Assembly (NCBI GenBank): GCA_037481815.1
Contig: JBBFKX010000001.1
Location: 773,826 to 837,825, forward strand
Reading direction: 5' to 3'
From: a candidate division WOR-3 bacterium
Lineage (GTDB): Bacteria > Hydrothermota > 32-111
DNA length: 64,000 nucleotides
Made by a program: the position numbers and the translations under genes. Shown piece by piece: positions 39,501 through 48,537 of the stretch; position 1 is the stretch's first letter, and each line of letters opens with the position of its first letter. Below the pieces are notes generated by a model. That model saw nothing but the letters and a program-made list of their open reading frames with translations. It was not told where the DNA came from and ran no database searches.

Positions 39501-42020
39501 TGTTGAGTCATTGTATGAAAAAAGTTTGAAAATATTCAAAACGATTCTTTCTCCTTTTACAGGTATATCATATTCATCAACTACGACAACTTCTATAAGA
39601 GAAGAATCATCTTTTTCAGATATATGAGAAATCTTAAGTCCTGCGTATCTCTTCTTTGAATTTTTTGTAAAATAGATATTTTTTGAAACAGTTTCTTTGC
39701 TTAAATCTTTAACCGTTGCTATAAAATTTATTGAAACCGGATTTTTTATCTTATCGACCTGGATTTTTTCTTTGAATAAAAACTTACCGTTACTATCAAG
39801 AATATATCTTTTTTCGATAAAATTTTCCTGATTGCTAACAACTTCCGACTGACTGTAAAAATTAAAATCTGAAAACTTTTGTGAAAAAAATGGAACCTCT
39901 GTTATCTGAAGATAACAATGTAAAGAATCGTTTGCCATCTGAAAACCTGAAAGATATTTTGCTTCAATAAAAACTTCAATATCCTCATCAGACAAAAAGT
40001 GATTTTTGGAATTCACAAGAACTTCAAACTTGGGCTCTTTAAACTCCTGAACCATAAAAGATGTCTGCCCCACAAAAATATCGTTAGCATAAAAGTTAAC
40101 ATAATAGTATCCAGTTTTAAAAGTATCCTCTATACTAAAATTCAAAAGAAAAGATCCATTTTTATCAAGTTTTAAAGATCCTTCTTTTATCTGTTCGAAT
40201 TCAGGATTTAAAATGTAATATCCAAGATTTTTTATTTTTGGCAAAAAGATTTTGTTTCCAGAAGATTTTCTTATTATTCCAGTTATTAGAACACTATCGT
40301 TCAACTTGTAAAGATTTCTATCTGTAAACAGATAACTTTTAAAATCGTATTCACTTTTTTCAAAATATAATGGAAAAATTAAATTTTTATTTTCATTTTC
40401 TATATAAACAAACCTTGCTTTTTCAGAATTATTTTTTTGAAAATATTTTATTTCATCCTTTTTTATCTGACAGATTCCATCTTTTACATTCTTACTGAAT
40501 CTTTTTTTACCATTTTGATCGAATATATTTAATTTCACATTTTCTTTTAAAATTCTATTTGTCTGATAATCTGAAACGATCAGAAAACCATTTTTATCTG
40601 ACAGAACTCCATTAACTTTAAGCGGTGTTTTTTGAAAAACAAAACTAAAACCATAATCGTTACCATCGAGAACATATTCAAGATATCCAAAACCGATATT
40701 TTCTTTTATCGAAAATTCTTTTAAAAGATCTATACTGTCTGTATAAAGGATATTCTTTTTAACATCAAATTCAAATTTTTTATTCTTCCAATTTTTATAA
40801 TCGTTAGCATAATTTAAATTCGTAAAATCTCTAATGAAATCTTCTTTTTTCAGTTCTTTTAGATATACACTAATATTTTTAAGATTCATCAAGGAAAAAT
40901 TCATCATCAAATTGTTGTTTCTTCTCAGATAATCTTGATTGAAAAGAACAAAAGGTTGATAATCTTTCACAAACACTCTATATTTCCCCGGATTTTTTAT
41001 TTTCTGTTTAAAAATATCATTCAGACCACTATCTATTTTGATAAAATAATCTCGACCAGGTTTTAGTATCTTATTAATATAAAAAATTGTTGATTCATCA
41101 TAATAAAAATAATCCAGAGCATCTTCCTCTTTACCATCTGATATAAATTTTACATTTTTGATGATCTCATCAACCTTTACTGGTGTAGAAAATTCTATAT
41201 CAAAAGATGTTTTTTGATTGAAAAAGGGAAAACATGAATCAGATTTTTGAACATATTTAAAATCATCATATATTGAAAATCTTAAAACAATCTTTTCTCT
41301 CATAAATTCTTCGTTGAAGATTTCAAGAGAATAATCTTTTGCTTTTTTAAAACCTCCCTTTTCTTTTACTTTAACACAATAAAAAGAGGATGTATCACCT
41401 TTATTGTAAAAATATTCATAGTTGTAATATGTTTCTTTTCCTGTTGTTTTTGATTCCTCGACGACCTTTTCAACATTTTTATCCTCACATTTTAAAATCA
41501 TACTCTTTTTCAAAATTTCGAAAGGAATTTTATAATTAAAAACGATGTAAAAGAAAGAATCAGCATGGATTTTGTAGTATGAAGTTTTTACAACATTAAA
41601 ATTTAGAGGTTTTATTGTTAAAACAAAATTTTCTGAAAGCACTGAAGAATCTAAAGATAGAATTCCTTTTTCCAGAACAAATTTATATGATTTTGAAGGA
41701 AGGAAAGAATCTGTGTAAAAAACAATAGTGTTTTTCCCTTTACTCTTAAATTCACCCTTTAACGGTGGTTCACATCTATATCTTATATTTAAATTTTCAA
41801 CATCCTGAAAGGGAATTATATCTTTTGAAAAAGTAAAAACTATCTCTTTTATTTTTTCGTCGAGAAAAACATCATCTTCTGGAATCGTTGACACTATTTC
41901 AAGTTTCCCATATTTTGATTGAAAATGTTCCACTCTATCTGTATAAACAACACCGTTGAAAGAAAATAGATTCAGCGGAAAAGAAAAAAGTATGATAAAT
42001 AAAAAGTAAAAAAAATACAT
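36594..42020 (-). CDS. Bacterial alpha-2-macroglobulin with an intact thioester motif
   Basis: FTDRNLYK, VQEFKEPKFEV, VVDESVL, LPDNIG, YPYLCLEQ (CxEQ at 38010-38021), VPAGFE and MYNPEVFG motifs. Confidence 0.93.
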   Translation of the reverse strand: MYFFYFLFIILFSFPLNLFSFNGVVYTDRVEHFQSKYGKLEIVSTIPEDDVFLDEKIKEIVFTFSKDIIPFQDVENLNIRYRCEPPLKGEFKSKGKNTIVFYTDSFLPSKSYKFVLEKGILSLDSSVLSENFVLTIKPLNFNVVKTSYYKIHADSFFYIVFNYKIPFEILKKSMILKCEDKNVEKVVEESKTTGKETYYNYEYFYNKGDTSSFYCVKVKEKGGFKKAKDYSLEIFNEEFMREKIVLRFSIYDDFKYVQKSDSCFPFFNQKTSFDIEFSTPVKVDEIIKNVKFISDGKEEDALDYFYYDESTIFYINKILKPGRDYFIKIDSGLNDIFKQKIKNPGKYRVFVKDYQPFVLFNQDYLRRNNNLMMNFSLMNLKNISVYLKELKKEDFIRDFTNLNYANDYKNWKNKKFEFDVKKNILYTDSIDLLKEFSIKENIGFGYLEYVLDGNDYGFSFVFQKTPLKVNGVLSDKNGFLIVSDYQTNRILKENVKLNIFDQNGKKRFSKNVKDGICQIKKDEIKYFQKNNSEKARFVYIENENKNLIFPLYFEKSEYDFKSYLFTDRNLYKLNDSVLITGIIRKSSGNKIFLPKIKNLGYYILNPEFEQIKEGSLKLDKNGSFLLNFSIEDTFKTGYYYVNFYANDIFVGQTSFMVQEFKEPKFEVLVNSKNHFLSDEDIEVFIEAKYLSGFQMANDSLHCYLQITEVPFFSQKFSDFNFYSQSEVVSNQENFIEKRYILDSNGKFLFKEKIQVDKIKNPVSINFIATVKDLSKETVSKNIYFTKNSKKRYAGLKISHISEKDDSSLIEVVVVDEYDIPVKGERIVLNIFKLFSYNDSTYDTIKSVQIFTDQRVDSFWIKLPENSYYKVELHYDGGKIVDRFYNGFFYDFETDESGIQVLKNKDKYDIGDTVFLKIISNDKDQKHYYYINKDSIFKFENLSFKDSDTLVLKIPVDENLFGGFYFSIFNLKNDSLNNRPKLSTHFIDVSNESKRLKFDMITDREKYSPGDSVTVELKTVEKEKCNAILFVVDESVLMLTGYNYPDPLNVFYSYFSNNVSFVNSDDFYPPSIFRYGFEMMDGENYKSMTPMSDKKTKDSQGLNLSENIKENFENEIDVNFRKNFQSLVFYRKDIEFSNKKNVKIKFRLPDNIGKFRIVCIAFDEEKFNIKEKSIRVDKEILINPSFPLFLRPFDNVDFSFVILDNSNKEGKVKTTIFSKEIEFLETNKKLNSSDQKISVDFKGKVLFEDSAKIYVKVEKDSITDGMVLALPIINHNLYEYSSLFSSSDSSEVTEYFNVAKSVNKSKSFIKINLNSTLIGGLNLPLDYLKDYPYLCLEQKLSKIFPLIIGEDIINLYNLSELKGTNLRKFVGSILKDLENFQSENGGFKYFESDIYENEYLSVYTMYVIYHAIAKGYKINDTVKERGLNYIESLLQENFNGVWGYSLNAKYSLEAFSLYVLSLYGKLNHQVKIKEIFNNREKLYFAEKARLVETLKNYSLTNEEKTLLSEIKSTAKFESDYLFFEEKFQDWWFFNNNLKATATFLTSILKTEGNYEYAQLVVKYILKNLQNGFWLNTHTTALILEALNEYYKIYEKDKTDFKIFLKFNDKTFYKKSFKGRKDNGSTYILEGENFKDSVNVLKFEKKGKGRIYYTLKYRYTKTGIEKTLFNGFTIEREYQNINDEKVKDFKKGEIYKVKLKVTTDIPRTFVVLEDNVPAGFEMVKREFLTEFLNLAGFNFKNSWWGDFYHEEFYKDKILTSSIYLSEGEHVFTYFVKATVSGQFNVPPANVCEMYNPEVFGHTDSKIIIIE

Positions 42021-42024
42021 TTTT

Positions 42025-44142
42025 CTATTTTAAAATGAAAAATTTGTATGTATACTTTTTTTCACCATCCTTGAAGATAATAAAATATGTTCCAGTTTTT
42101 AAATCCTTTAAACTTAACCTATTTGTTCCTGCTTTTAAATTTTTCATTTCCTTTACATTTCTACCTGAAATATCGTAGATAAAAAATCTGTTATCATTTT
42201 CTGATATATAAAGAACAATCTCACTTTTCAAAAATTTTATTTTTGAGTTTTTATTTATTCTTTTCTCGATTGAACCCGAGAAAGTTGTTTGAAGAACATA
42301 AAATTCTTCACTTGCAAGAAAAACTATATCAGATTTAACATCAAACCCCATCGAATTTCCAATAGGTTTGGAGTAGGCGATCTCTTTTATATCCATTATA
42401 TCTGTTACATCAAGAACTCTGATACCATTGTAATAATCGCAGACATAAAGATTATTTCCATACTTAGCCAATTTAAAAAAATCACCAGTTGTTGGATAAT
42501 AATTCTTTTCAACCGGGAAAGATGGATTTGAAATATCAATTATTCTTAAACCTTCGTTTCCATCAGTAATATAAGCATAGTTGTCATCAACTGTTACATC
42601 ATAGGCAGAACCTGCTGTGTTGAAACTTCCAACAAATAATGGAGATGAAATGTTTGATATATCAAGTATTATAAGCCCTTCATCGTATCCTGCAACATAA
42701 GCATAAGTGTCTTTTATAAATACATCGTATATTGTAAAAGAAAATCGATACTCACCAATTTTAGCGATATTGTTTAAATCTGAAAGATCATATACAAAAA
42801 TCCCTGAATCATAATCTGCAACAAAAAGATGGTTATTCTTTAAATAAATACCATTTGAATAAGATATAGCAGGAATATTTGCGATCTGAACAGGATTTGA
42901 TGAATCAGCAACATTTAAAATATATACACCTGAAGCACCTGTTGCCAACAGAAGTAAAGTATCAAAAATAGTCATCTCTGTAATGTTGGAAGGAATGTCA
43001 AATCCTGAAATATATTTTATATTGGATGGATCCGATATATCATAAATTTTCAAACCATCATCTCCACGCGATAAAAAAGCAATATTACCTTTAACTTTGA
43101 CTTCGTTAACTTCATCAAATGTAAAATATGAAAAAGTTTCAACAGGACTGGTTGCGTCAATAATGTTTACAACCCTTATACCACCATTATAGGTTGAGAC
43201 AAAAGCAAAACTATCTTTTACCGACGATCTGTAATCAGAAACATTACTATCAAGTGGTAAGGAAAATCCAATCTCTTTGAAATTTGAAGAATCGGAAATA
43301 TCTATTATCCTTAGACCTTCGACATCCGCGCAGGCAAAAAGTGTATCACCTTTTAAAACAAGATCTGTAAAAAATCCATCAGTTTCCAAAGTATCATAAA
43401 GAACAGGATTTGTTTTATCTGAAATATCGATAACAGATAAACCTTGATCACCATTTGCAAGAAAAGCATAATGCCCTTTTACAACAACATCATACAATCC
43501 ACCACCTTTTGTAATTGAGCCAACAAAGGCAGGGTTAGTTGGGTCAGATACATCCAAAATAATCATTCCTGATAACCAACAGGCAATATAAGCATAATTT
43601 CCTTCAACGAAAACTCCAAAAAGAAAATTGGATGGAATTGAGTATTCACCAACTTGAGTTGGATAAAAAGGATCGGATATATCAAAGATGGACAAACCAG
43701 TTAAACTGTTTGCAAGATAAAGATAATTTCCAGAAACCACCATATCCATAACCGGAGATGTCGTATAGAAAACTGAAACGAGTTTCATATCGTAAGGATC
43801 AGAGATATCATAGACCAAAACTTTTGATTCCATTGTTGAAACAAACGCATAATTTCCTGACAGAGTTATACGTTGTGGTGATTCGATAAGAATTTCATCT
43901 AAGACAACAAAGTCGGTTTTATCCCGTATATCAAAAGAAACAAAAGAGTTTGTGAAAAGTGCAAAAGCTAAACTATCTTTAACAAAAATATCGGTTGAAT
44001 GTTTATGGTAATACAATTTACCAAGAGATCTCATATTTAAACTGTCAACAAGAAATTTTGAAGAATTTGAATCAAATTTTGAGAATGCAACCAACAAAAT
44101 TGAAATATAGATTAGAATAGAGAATAAAAAAAACTTTTTCAT
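42025..44142 (-). CDS. Secreted LVIVD-repeat beta-propeller protein with a T9SS-type C-terminal domain
   Basis: Signal peptide; more than 10 repeats of GNYAYV...GL.I.DISDP..P; ends IYDISGR...LKTGTYFI...KFFILK. Confidence 0.88.
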   Translation of the reverse strand: MKKFFLFSILIYISILLVAFSKFDSNSSKFLVDSLNMRSLGKLYYHKHSTDIFVKDSLAFALFTNSFVSFDIRDKTDFVVLDEILIESPQRITLSGNYAFVSTMESKVLVYDISDPYDMKLVSVFYTTSPVMDMVVSGNYLYLANSLTGLSIFDISDPFYPTQVGEYSIPSNFLFGVFVEGNYAYIACWLSGMIILDVSDPTNPAFVGSITKGGGLYDVVVKGHYAFLANGDQGLSVIDISDKTNPVLYDTLETDGFFTDLVLKGDTLFACADVEGLRIIDISDSSNFKEIGFSLPLDSNVSDYRSSVKDSFAFVSTYNGGIRVVNIIDATSPVETFSYFTFDEVNEVKVKGNIAFLSRGDDGLKIYDISDPSNIKYISGFDIPSNITEMTIFDTLLLLATGASGVYILNVADSSNPVQIANIPAISYSNGIYLKNNHLFVADYDSGIFVYDLSDLNNIAKIGEYRFSFTIYDVFIKDTYAYVAGYDEGLIILDISNISSPLFVGSFNTAGSAYDVTVDDNYAYITDGNEGLRIIDISNPSFPVEKNYYPTTGDFFKLAKYGNNLYVCDYYNGIRVLDVTDIMDIKEIAYSKPIGNSMGFDVKSDIVFLASEEFYVLQTTFSGSIEKRINKNSKIKFLKSEIVLYISENDNRFFIYDISGRNVKEMKNLKAGTNRLSLKDLKTGTYFIIFKDGEKKYTYKFFILK

Positions 44143-44158
44143 AAAACCTCCTAATTTT

Positions 44159-44186
44159 ATTTTACGATTACTTATACTTTTTTCAA
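44159..44186 (-). promoter_or_regulatory. Putative sigma70 promoter of the LVIVD-macroglobulin-cyclase unit
   Basis: TTGAAA-N16-TAAAAT; AGGAGG SD before 44142. Confidence 0.45.
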
Positions 44187-44204
44187 TGAAAAAAATTTTT
44201 ATCG

Positions 44205-44232
44205 TTGAAGTTTGTTAATTTTTCAGTATAAT
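44205..44232 (+). promoter_or_regulatory. Putative sigma70 promoter (leaderless)
   Basis: TTGAAG-N16-TATAAT, 6 nt before the in-frame GTG at 44239. Confidence 0.45.
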
Positions 44233-44238
44233 TTCTTT

Positions 44239-44685
44239 GTGAATTTTTATAAAAAAACACAAAATGAAATCCAATCTTTTGGAATAGATAAAAAAAGTGA
44301 AAAAATAATATTTGGTTTACCTTTATACCACATCTCTTTTGGTATAGATGAAAACAAAAAAATCAGAAAAGCAAAAGGTTTTATTGCTATAGGGCAATAC
44401 GCTTCAGGTTATATAGTTTTAGCACAATTTGGATACGCTTACATTTTTGGGTTGGGACAATTCATAATAGCACCTTTTTCGATTGGTCAATTCTCATTGG
44501 GGCTTCTTTCAATAGGACAATTTTCAGCAGGAATCTTTTCGGTTGGTCAGATAGCTTTTGGATTATACACTGTTGGGCTTTCAGTTTATGGTAAATATAT
44601 CTATTCAACAAACAGAAAGGATAAAGAGATAATCGAACTTTTTACCCTGATTTTAAACTTTTTAAAAATATTAATCAAATTTTAG
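44239..44685 (+). CDS. Hypothetical protein with hydrophobic Gly-Gln-Phe decapeptide repeats
   Basis: IFGLPLYHISFG...AKGFIAIG followed by period-10 [IVL]GQF repeats. Start uncertain (TTG 44212 or GTG 44239). Confidence 0.7.
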   Translation: MNFYKKTQNEIQSFGIDKKSEKIIFGLPLYHISFGIDENKKIRKAKGFIAIGQYASGYIVLAQFGYAYIFGLGQFIIAPFSIGQFSLGLLSIGQFSAGIFSVGQIAFGLYTVGLSVYGKYIYSTNRKDKEIIELFTLILNFLKILIKF

Positions 44686-45749
44686 ATCGAATTCCTTATC
44701 TTTTTCATCAATCTCATATAATAGTTTATATTGTGTTCTGTTGCTAAAATACCTGCAAGCATTTCCTCCGCTTTGAAAAGATGGTGTAGATAGGCCCTTG
44801 AATAGTTTTTACAAAGATGACAATTACATCCATCTTCAACAGGAGAAAAATCATGTTTATATTTTGCATTCTTTATCAAAATTTTTCCTTTCTCTGTAAA
44901 AAGAGCACCATTCCTTGCGTTTCTTGTTGGAACAACACAATCAAAGATATCGAACCCGTTTTCAACAGCATAAATTATATCATCCTCTTCTCCGACACCC
45001 ATCAGATACCTCGGTTTATCTTCTGGCATTATAAAGTCACCCATATCGATAACCTTTCTTATATACTCCTTTGATTCCCCAATCGCAACACCACCCATAG
45101 CGTAACCATCAAAATCAATCTCCTGAAGTTTTTCTGAACAATATTTTCTGAGGTTTTCAAATATCGACCCCTGTATTATTCCGAATTGATACTGTTTATA
45201 CCCATAAAGTGGAGTAGTTTTTAAAAATTGTTCTCTTGCTCTTTTAGCCCAATCAAGGGTTCTTTTAACTGAATGTTTTGCATATTCATATGTTACAGGG
45301 AACTCCATACATTCATCGAGAACCATCATAACATCGGTTCCAAGAACCCTTTGCATATCAACATTGTTTTCAGGTGTGAATTCATGATATGAACCGTCAA
45401 TATGTGATTGGAAAACTACCCCATTGTCCTTAAATTTCCTCAACTTTGAAAGTGAAAATATCTGAAACCCTCCAGAATCTGAAAATAAGGTTCTTTCCCA
45501 TCCCATAAACTTATGGATCCCACCCGCTTCTTTTATGATTTCAAGACCTGGTCTGAGATACAGATGGTATGTGTTTGTGATCAAAAACTGAATCCCCCAT
45601 TCGAGGAGATCTTTTGCTGACATAGCCTTAACACTGGCCTGCGTAGCAACAAACATTAGATTTGGTGTTTCAACTATGCCATGTGACGTTTTTAAAAGTC
45701 CCAACCTTTTTTTACCGTTCTTTTTTACTATTTTAAACAAGTCGTTCAT
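44682..45749 (-). CDS. tgt: tRNA-guanine transglycosylase
   Basis: NTYHL..RPG, DSGGFQ, LDEC, GIIQG, YLMGVG and FDCVVPTRNARNG; Zn site CNCHLC...H. Confidence 0.97.
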   Translation of the reverse strand: MNDLFKIVKKNGKKRLGLLKTSHGIVETPNLMFVATQASVKAMSAKDLLEWGIQFLITNTYHLYLRPGLEIIKEAGGIHKFMGWERTLFSDSGGFQIFSLSKLRKFKDNGVVFQSHIDGSYHEFTPENNVDMQRVLGTDVMMVLDECMEFPVTYEYAKHSVKRTLDWAKRAREQFLKTTPLYGYKQYQFGIIQGSIFENLRKYCSEKLQEIDFDGYAMGGVAIGESKEYIRKVIDMGDFIMPEDKPRYLMGVGEEDDIIYAVENGFDIFDCVVPTRNARNGALFTEKGKILIKNAKYKHDFSPVEDGCNCHLCKNYSRAYLHHLFKAEEMLAGILATEHNINYYMRLMKKIRNSI

Positions 45750-46768
45750 AATATCACCATCGCATCTCCATAAGAGAAAAATTTAAATTTTTTTTCTATA
45801 GCAAACCTGTATGCGTCAAGAATAAGATCTCTTCCAGCAAAAGCTGAGACAAGCATAAGCAATGTAGATTTTGGAAGATGAAAATTTGTTATGAGTATAT
45901 CTGTCGACTTTATTTCATAGGGAGGATATATAAAAATATCTGTAAAACCTTTTTTGGATAAAAATTTTTCTCCATCATAACTCGTTTCAAGAGTTCTTAA
46001 ACTTGTAGTTCCAACGGCAACTATTTTTCTGTTCTTTTTTTTCGATTCATTCAATCTGTTTGCAACATCTTCATTTATTTCTATATATTCACTATGCATC
46101 CTGTGTTTTCTTATATCTTCAACCTTAACCGGCTGAAAAGTCCCAAGACCTATATGTAAAATTACATCAACTATTTCAACTCCTTTGTTTTTCAAAGAGT
46201 TTAAAATTTCATCCGTAAAATGTAAACCCGCTGTTGGAGCAGCCGAAGAACCGATCATTTTCGCATAACATGTTTGATAGTTAAAAACATCATCCTTTTC
46301 ATCTTTCCTTTTTATGTATGGCGGTAACGGAACATGTCCATATTTTTCAAAAAATAACTCCTTATTTTCAAATGGAATTTTAATAATATACTCTTCTTTT
46401 TCCTTTGATACTATTTCGATAAAATTGTTATCATCTAAAAATATCTTTTCTTTTTCTTTCAGCACTTTTCTTGTTTTTATAAGTGCTTTGAATATTTTCC
46501 CTTCTGAAAAAGGGTCAGTTATAAGGATTTCGACTTTACCACCTGTTTCCTTTTTACCAAAAATTCTTGCTTTTGCAACCTTTGTTATGTTTCTCACAAG
46601 AATCGAATCTTTCGGAATGATACCTATTATATCCACAAATTTTCTTTCAAAATATAATTTTTTATTCCTGTCAACAACGAGTAATCTACTTTTTCCTTTT
46701 TCTGAAGGATTAAATGCTATGAGTTCTTTTGGTAATTGAAAGTCATAATCTGAAATATTAAAACTCAT
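45746..46768 (-). CDS. queA: S-adenosylmethionine:tRNA ribosyltransferase-isomerase
   Basis: PLPPYIKR, AAPTAGLHFT, HIGLGTF, VGTTS.R, TNFHLPKSTL and FFSYGDAM motifs. Confidence 0.97.
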   Translation of the reverse strand: MSFNISDYDFQLPKELIAFNPSEKGKSRLLVVDRNKKLYFERKFVDIIGIIPKDSILVRNITKVAKARIFGKKETGGKVEILITDPFSEGKIFKALIKTRKVLKEKEKIFLDDNNFIEIVSKEKEEYIIKIPFENKELFFEKYGHVPLPPYIKRKDEKDDVFNYQTCYAKMIGSSAAPTAGLHFTDEILNSLKNKGVEIVDVILHIGLGTFQPVKVEDIRKHRMHSEYIEINEDVANRLNESKKKNRKIVAVGTTSLRTLETSYDGEKFLSKKGFTDIFIYPPYEIKSTDILITNFHLPKSTLLMLVSAFAGRDLILDAYRFAIEKKFKFFSYGDAMVIL

Positions 46769-46977
46769 CTTTTGAAGATTCTTAAAATGATGTTTAAAAC
46801 TATTGTCAAGATTATTGAAACTATGATCGATGTTCCAAGTGGAAAATAAAATTTAAAGTTTTCCTTTTCTATTTTGAAATCTAAAGGGTTTTTAAAGTTT
46901 ACTTTTTCAAAAACAAAAAGTATGATACCTGTTATCAGAAAGAAGAAGGATAACAGAAAAAAGATCTTATAAATCAA
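46765..46977 (-). CDS. DUF2905 family small membrane protein
   Basis: Two TM helices around PLDFKIEKENFKFYFPLGTSII; usual position between ruvB and queA; TTG at 46977 after GGAGG. Confidence 0.8.
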   Translation of the reverse strand: MIYKIFFLLSFFFLITGIILFVFEKVNFKNPLDFKIEKENFKFYFPLGTSIIVSIILTIVLNIILRIFKR

Positions 46978-47980
46978 AGAGCCCTCCTTCAAATTTGAAT
47001 CCAAGATGTTCGAAAGCCAATTTTGTTGCAACCCTTCCCCTTTGGGTTCTCTTTAACAATCCTTTCATAATCAAAAAAGGTTCATAGACCTCTTCAAGAG
47101 TTTCAGCAGTTTCGCCAACAGATATCGCAAGAGTTGATATGCCAACAGGGCCACCGTTGTATTTTTCAATTATCGTTTTTAATATTGTAACACTCAGTTC
47201 ATCCAAACCGAGTTCATCAACATCAAACATTTTCATAGCACTTAAAACTGTTTCCTTATCAACAACGCCTTTACTTTTCACTATAGCGAAATCTCTAACT
47301 CTTTTTAAGAGTCGATTCGCAACTCTTGGAGTTCCCCTTGATCTTTTCGCTATCTCCGTTAGACCTTCATCGTTTGAATCTATTCCCAAGATCTTTGCTG
47401 ATCTTTTTAAAATGTTTTTTAGATCTTCATCAGTATAAAAATCAAGTCTATGGCTCATTCCAAATCTTGATCTTAAAGGAGATGTTAAAAGTCCACTCCT
47501 TGTGGTTGCACCTATAAGGGTAAAGGGCTTTATTTTTATCTTTATACTTCTTGCAGAAGGTCCTGAATCAAGCATTATATCGAGTACAAAATCTTCCATC
47601 GCGGGATATAGATATTCTTCAACTATCCTGTTCACACGATGGATCTCATCGATAAATAGAACATCTCCTTTTTCAAGTTTTGTTAAAATACCTGCAAGAT
47701 CTCCTGGTCTTTCAAGTATAGGCCCACTAGTTGAATATATTTTCACACCCAGTTCGTTTGCTATGATATAGGACAAGGTTGTTTTTCCAAGTCCAGGAGG
47801 TCCGAAGAAAAGTATATGATCCAAAACATCTTTTCTTATCTTTGCAGATTCGATCGAGATTTTTAAATTCTCCTTTAATTTCTCCTGTCCAACAAACGAA
47901 TCAAGGACCTTTGGCCTTAAACTTTCCTCTATCTCGTTGTCTTCTTTCAATCTGTCAGAAGAGATTATCTCTTTGTTCAT
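46967..47980 (-). CDS. ruvB: Holliday junction branch migration ATPase RuvB
   Basis: SLRP, GPPGLGKTT, FIDEIHR, LYPAMEDF, GATTR and RGTPRVANRLL motifs. Confidence 0.98.
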   Translation of the reverse strand: MNKEIISSDRLKEDNEIEESLRPKVLDSFVGQEKLKENLKISIESAKIRKDVLDHILFFGPPGLGKTTLSYIIANELGVKIYSTSGPILERPGDLAGILTKLEKGDVLFIDEIHRVNRIVEEYLYPAMEDFVLDIMLDSGPSARSIKIKIKPFTLIGATTRSGLLTSPLRSRFGMSHRLDFYTDEDLKNILKRSAKILGIDSNDEGLTEIAKRSRGTPRVANRLLKRVRDFAIVKSKGVVDKETVLSAMKMFDVDELGLDELSVTILKTIIEKYNGGPVGISTLAISVGETAETLEEVYEPFLIMKGLLKRTQRGRVATKLAFEHLGFKFEGGLFDL

Positions 47981-48537
47981 CCTAACCTCTTTAGAACCTC
48001 TTTTATTATTTCCTCAACATTCTCTGAATCCCCAACATTCTTCAAAACATCGTTTAAAATTGGAGAAATATCCTTATCGGAAAATCCAAGTGATTTGAGT
48101 GCATCGTAAGCATCTTTTGCTATACCTTTTTTCTCAAAAGAAATTTTTCCTGAAAGTTCAAGAATTATCGATTCTGCGAGTTTTTTGCTCACATTTTTTG
48201 CTCTTGCAAGGATTTTAGGGTCAGAGTTGTTCACCGCATTTTCAAACTCTTCAACAGAAAGAGCGTTGAATATCGATAATGCTGTTTTCGGACCGATCTT
48301 GGGAATCTCGATCAACTTTAAAAACATATCCCTTTCTTTCGAAGATGAGAATCCAAAAATTTCAAACTCTTCATTTTTCAACGAAAGATAGGTAAAAATT
48401 TTAACCTCTTTACCAGGATCGGGAAGAGATGAAAATGTTGTAAATGAAACCCTCAATTTGTATCCCATACCGTTATTCTCAACGATGATGAATGGAAGTA
48501 TTTTTTCAGTCAAAATTCCTTTAATGTACCAGTTCAT
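47977..48537 (-). CDS. ruvA: Holliday junction branch migration protein RuvA
   Basis: G.GY OB fold, IGPKTAL HhH motif, AL.SLGF; lies between ruvC and ruvB. Confidence 0.93.
   Translation of the reverse strand: MNWYIKGILTEKILPFIIVENNGMGYKLRVSFTTFSSLPDPGKEVKIFTYLSLKNEEFEIFGFSSSKERDMFLKLIEIPKIGPKTALSIFNALSVEEFENAVNNSDPKILARAKNVSKKLAESIILELSGKISFEKKGIAKDAYDALKSLGFSDKDISPILNDVLKNVGDSENVEEIIKEVLKRLG

Noticed and set aside
46978..47031. N-terminal extension of the DUF2905 ORF
   Set aside because: It lies within ruvB; an SD-led TTG at 46977 gives the expected family length.
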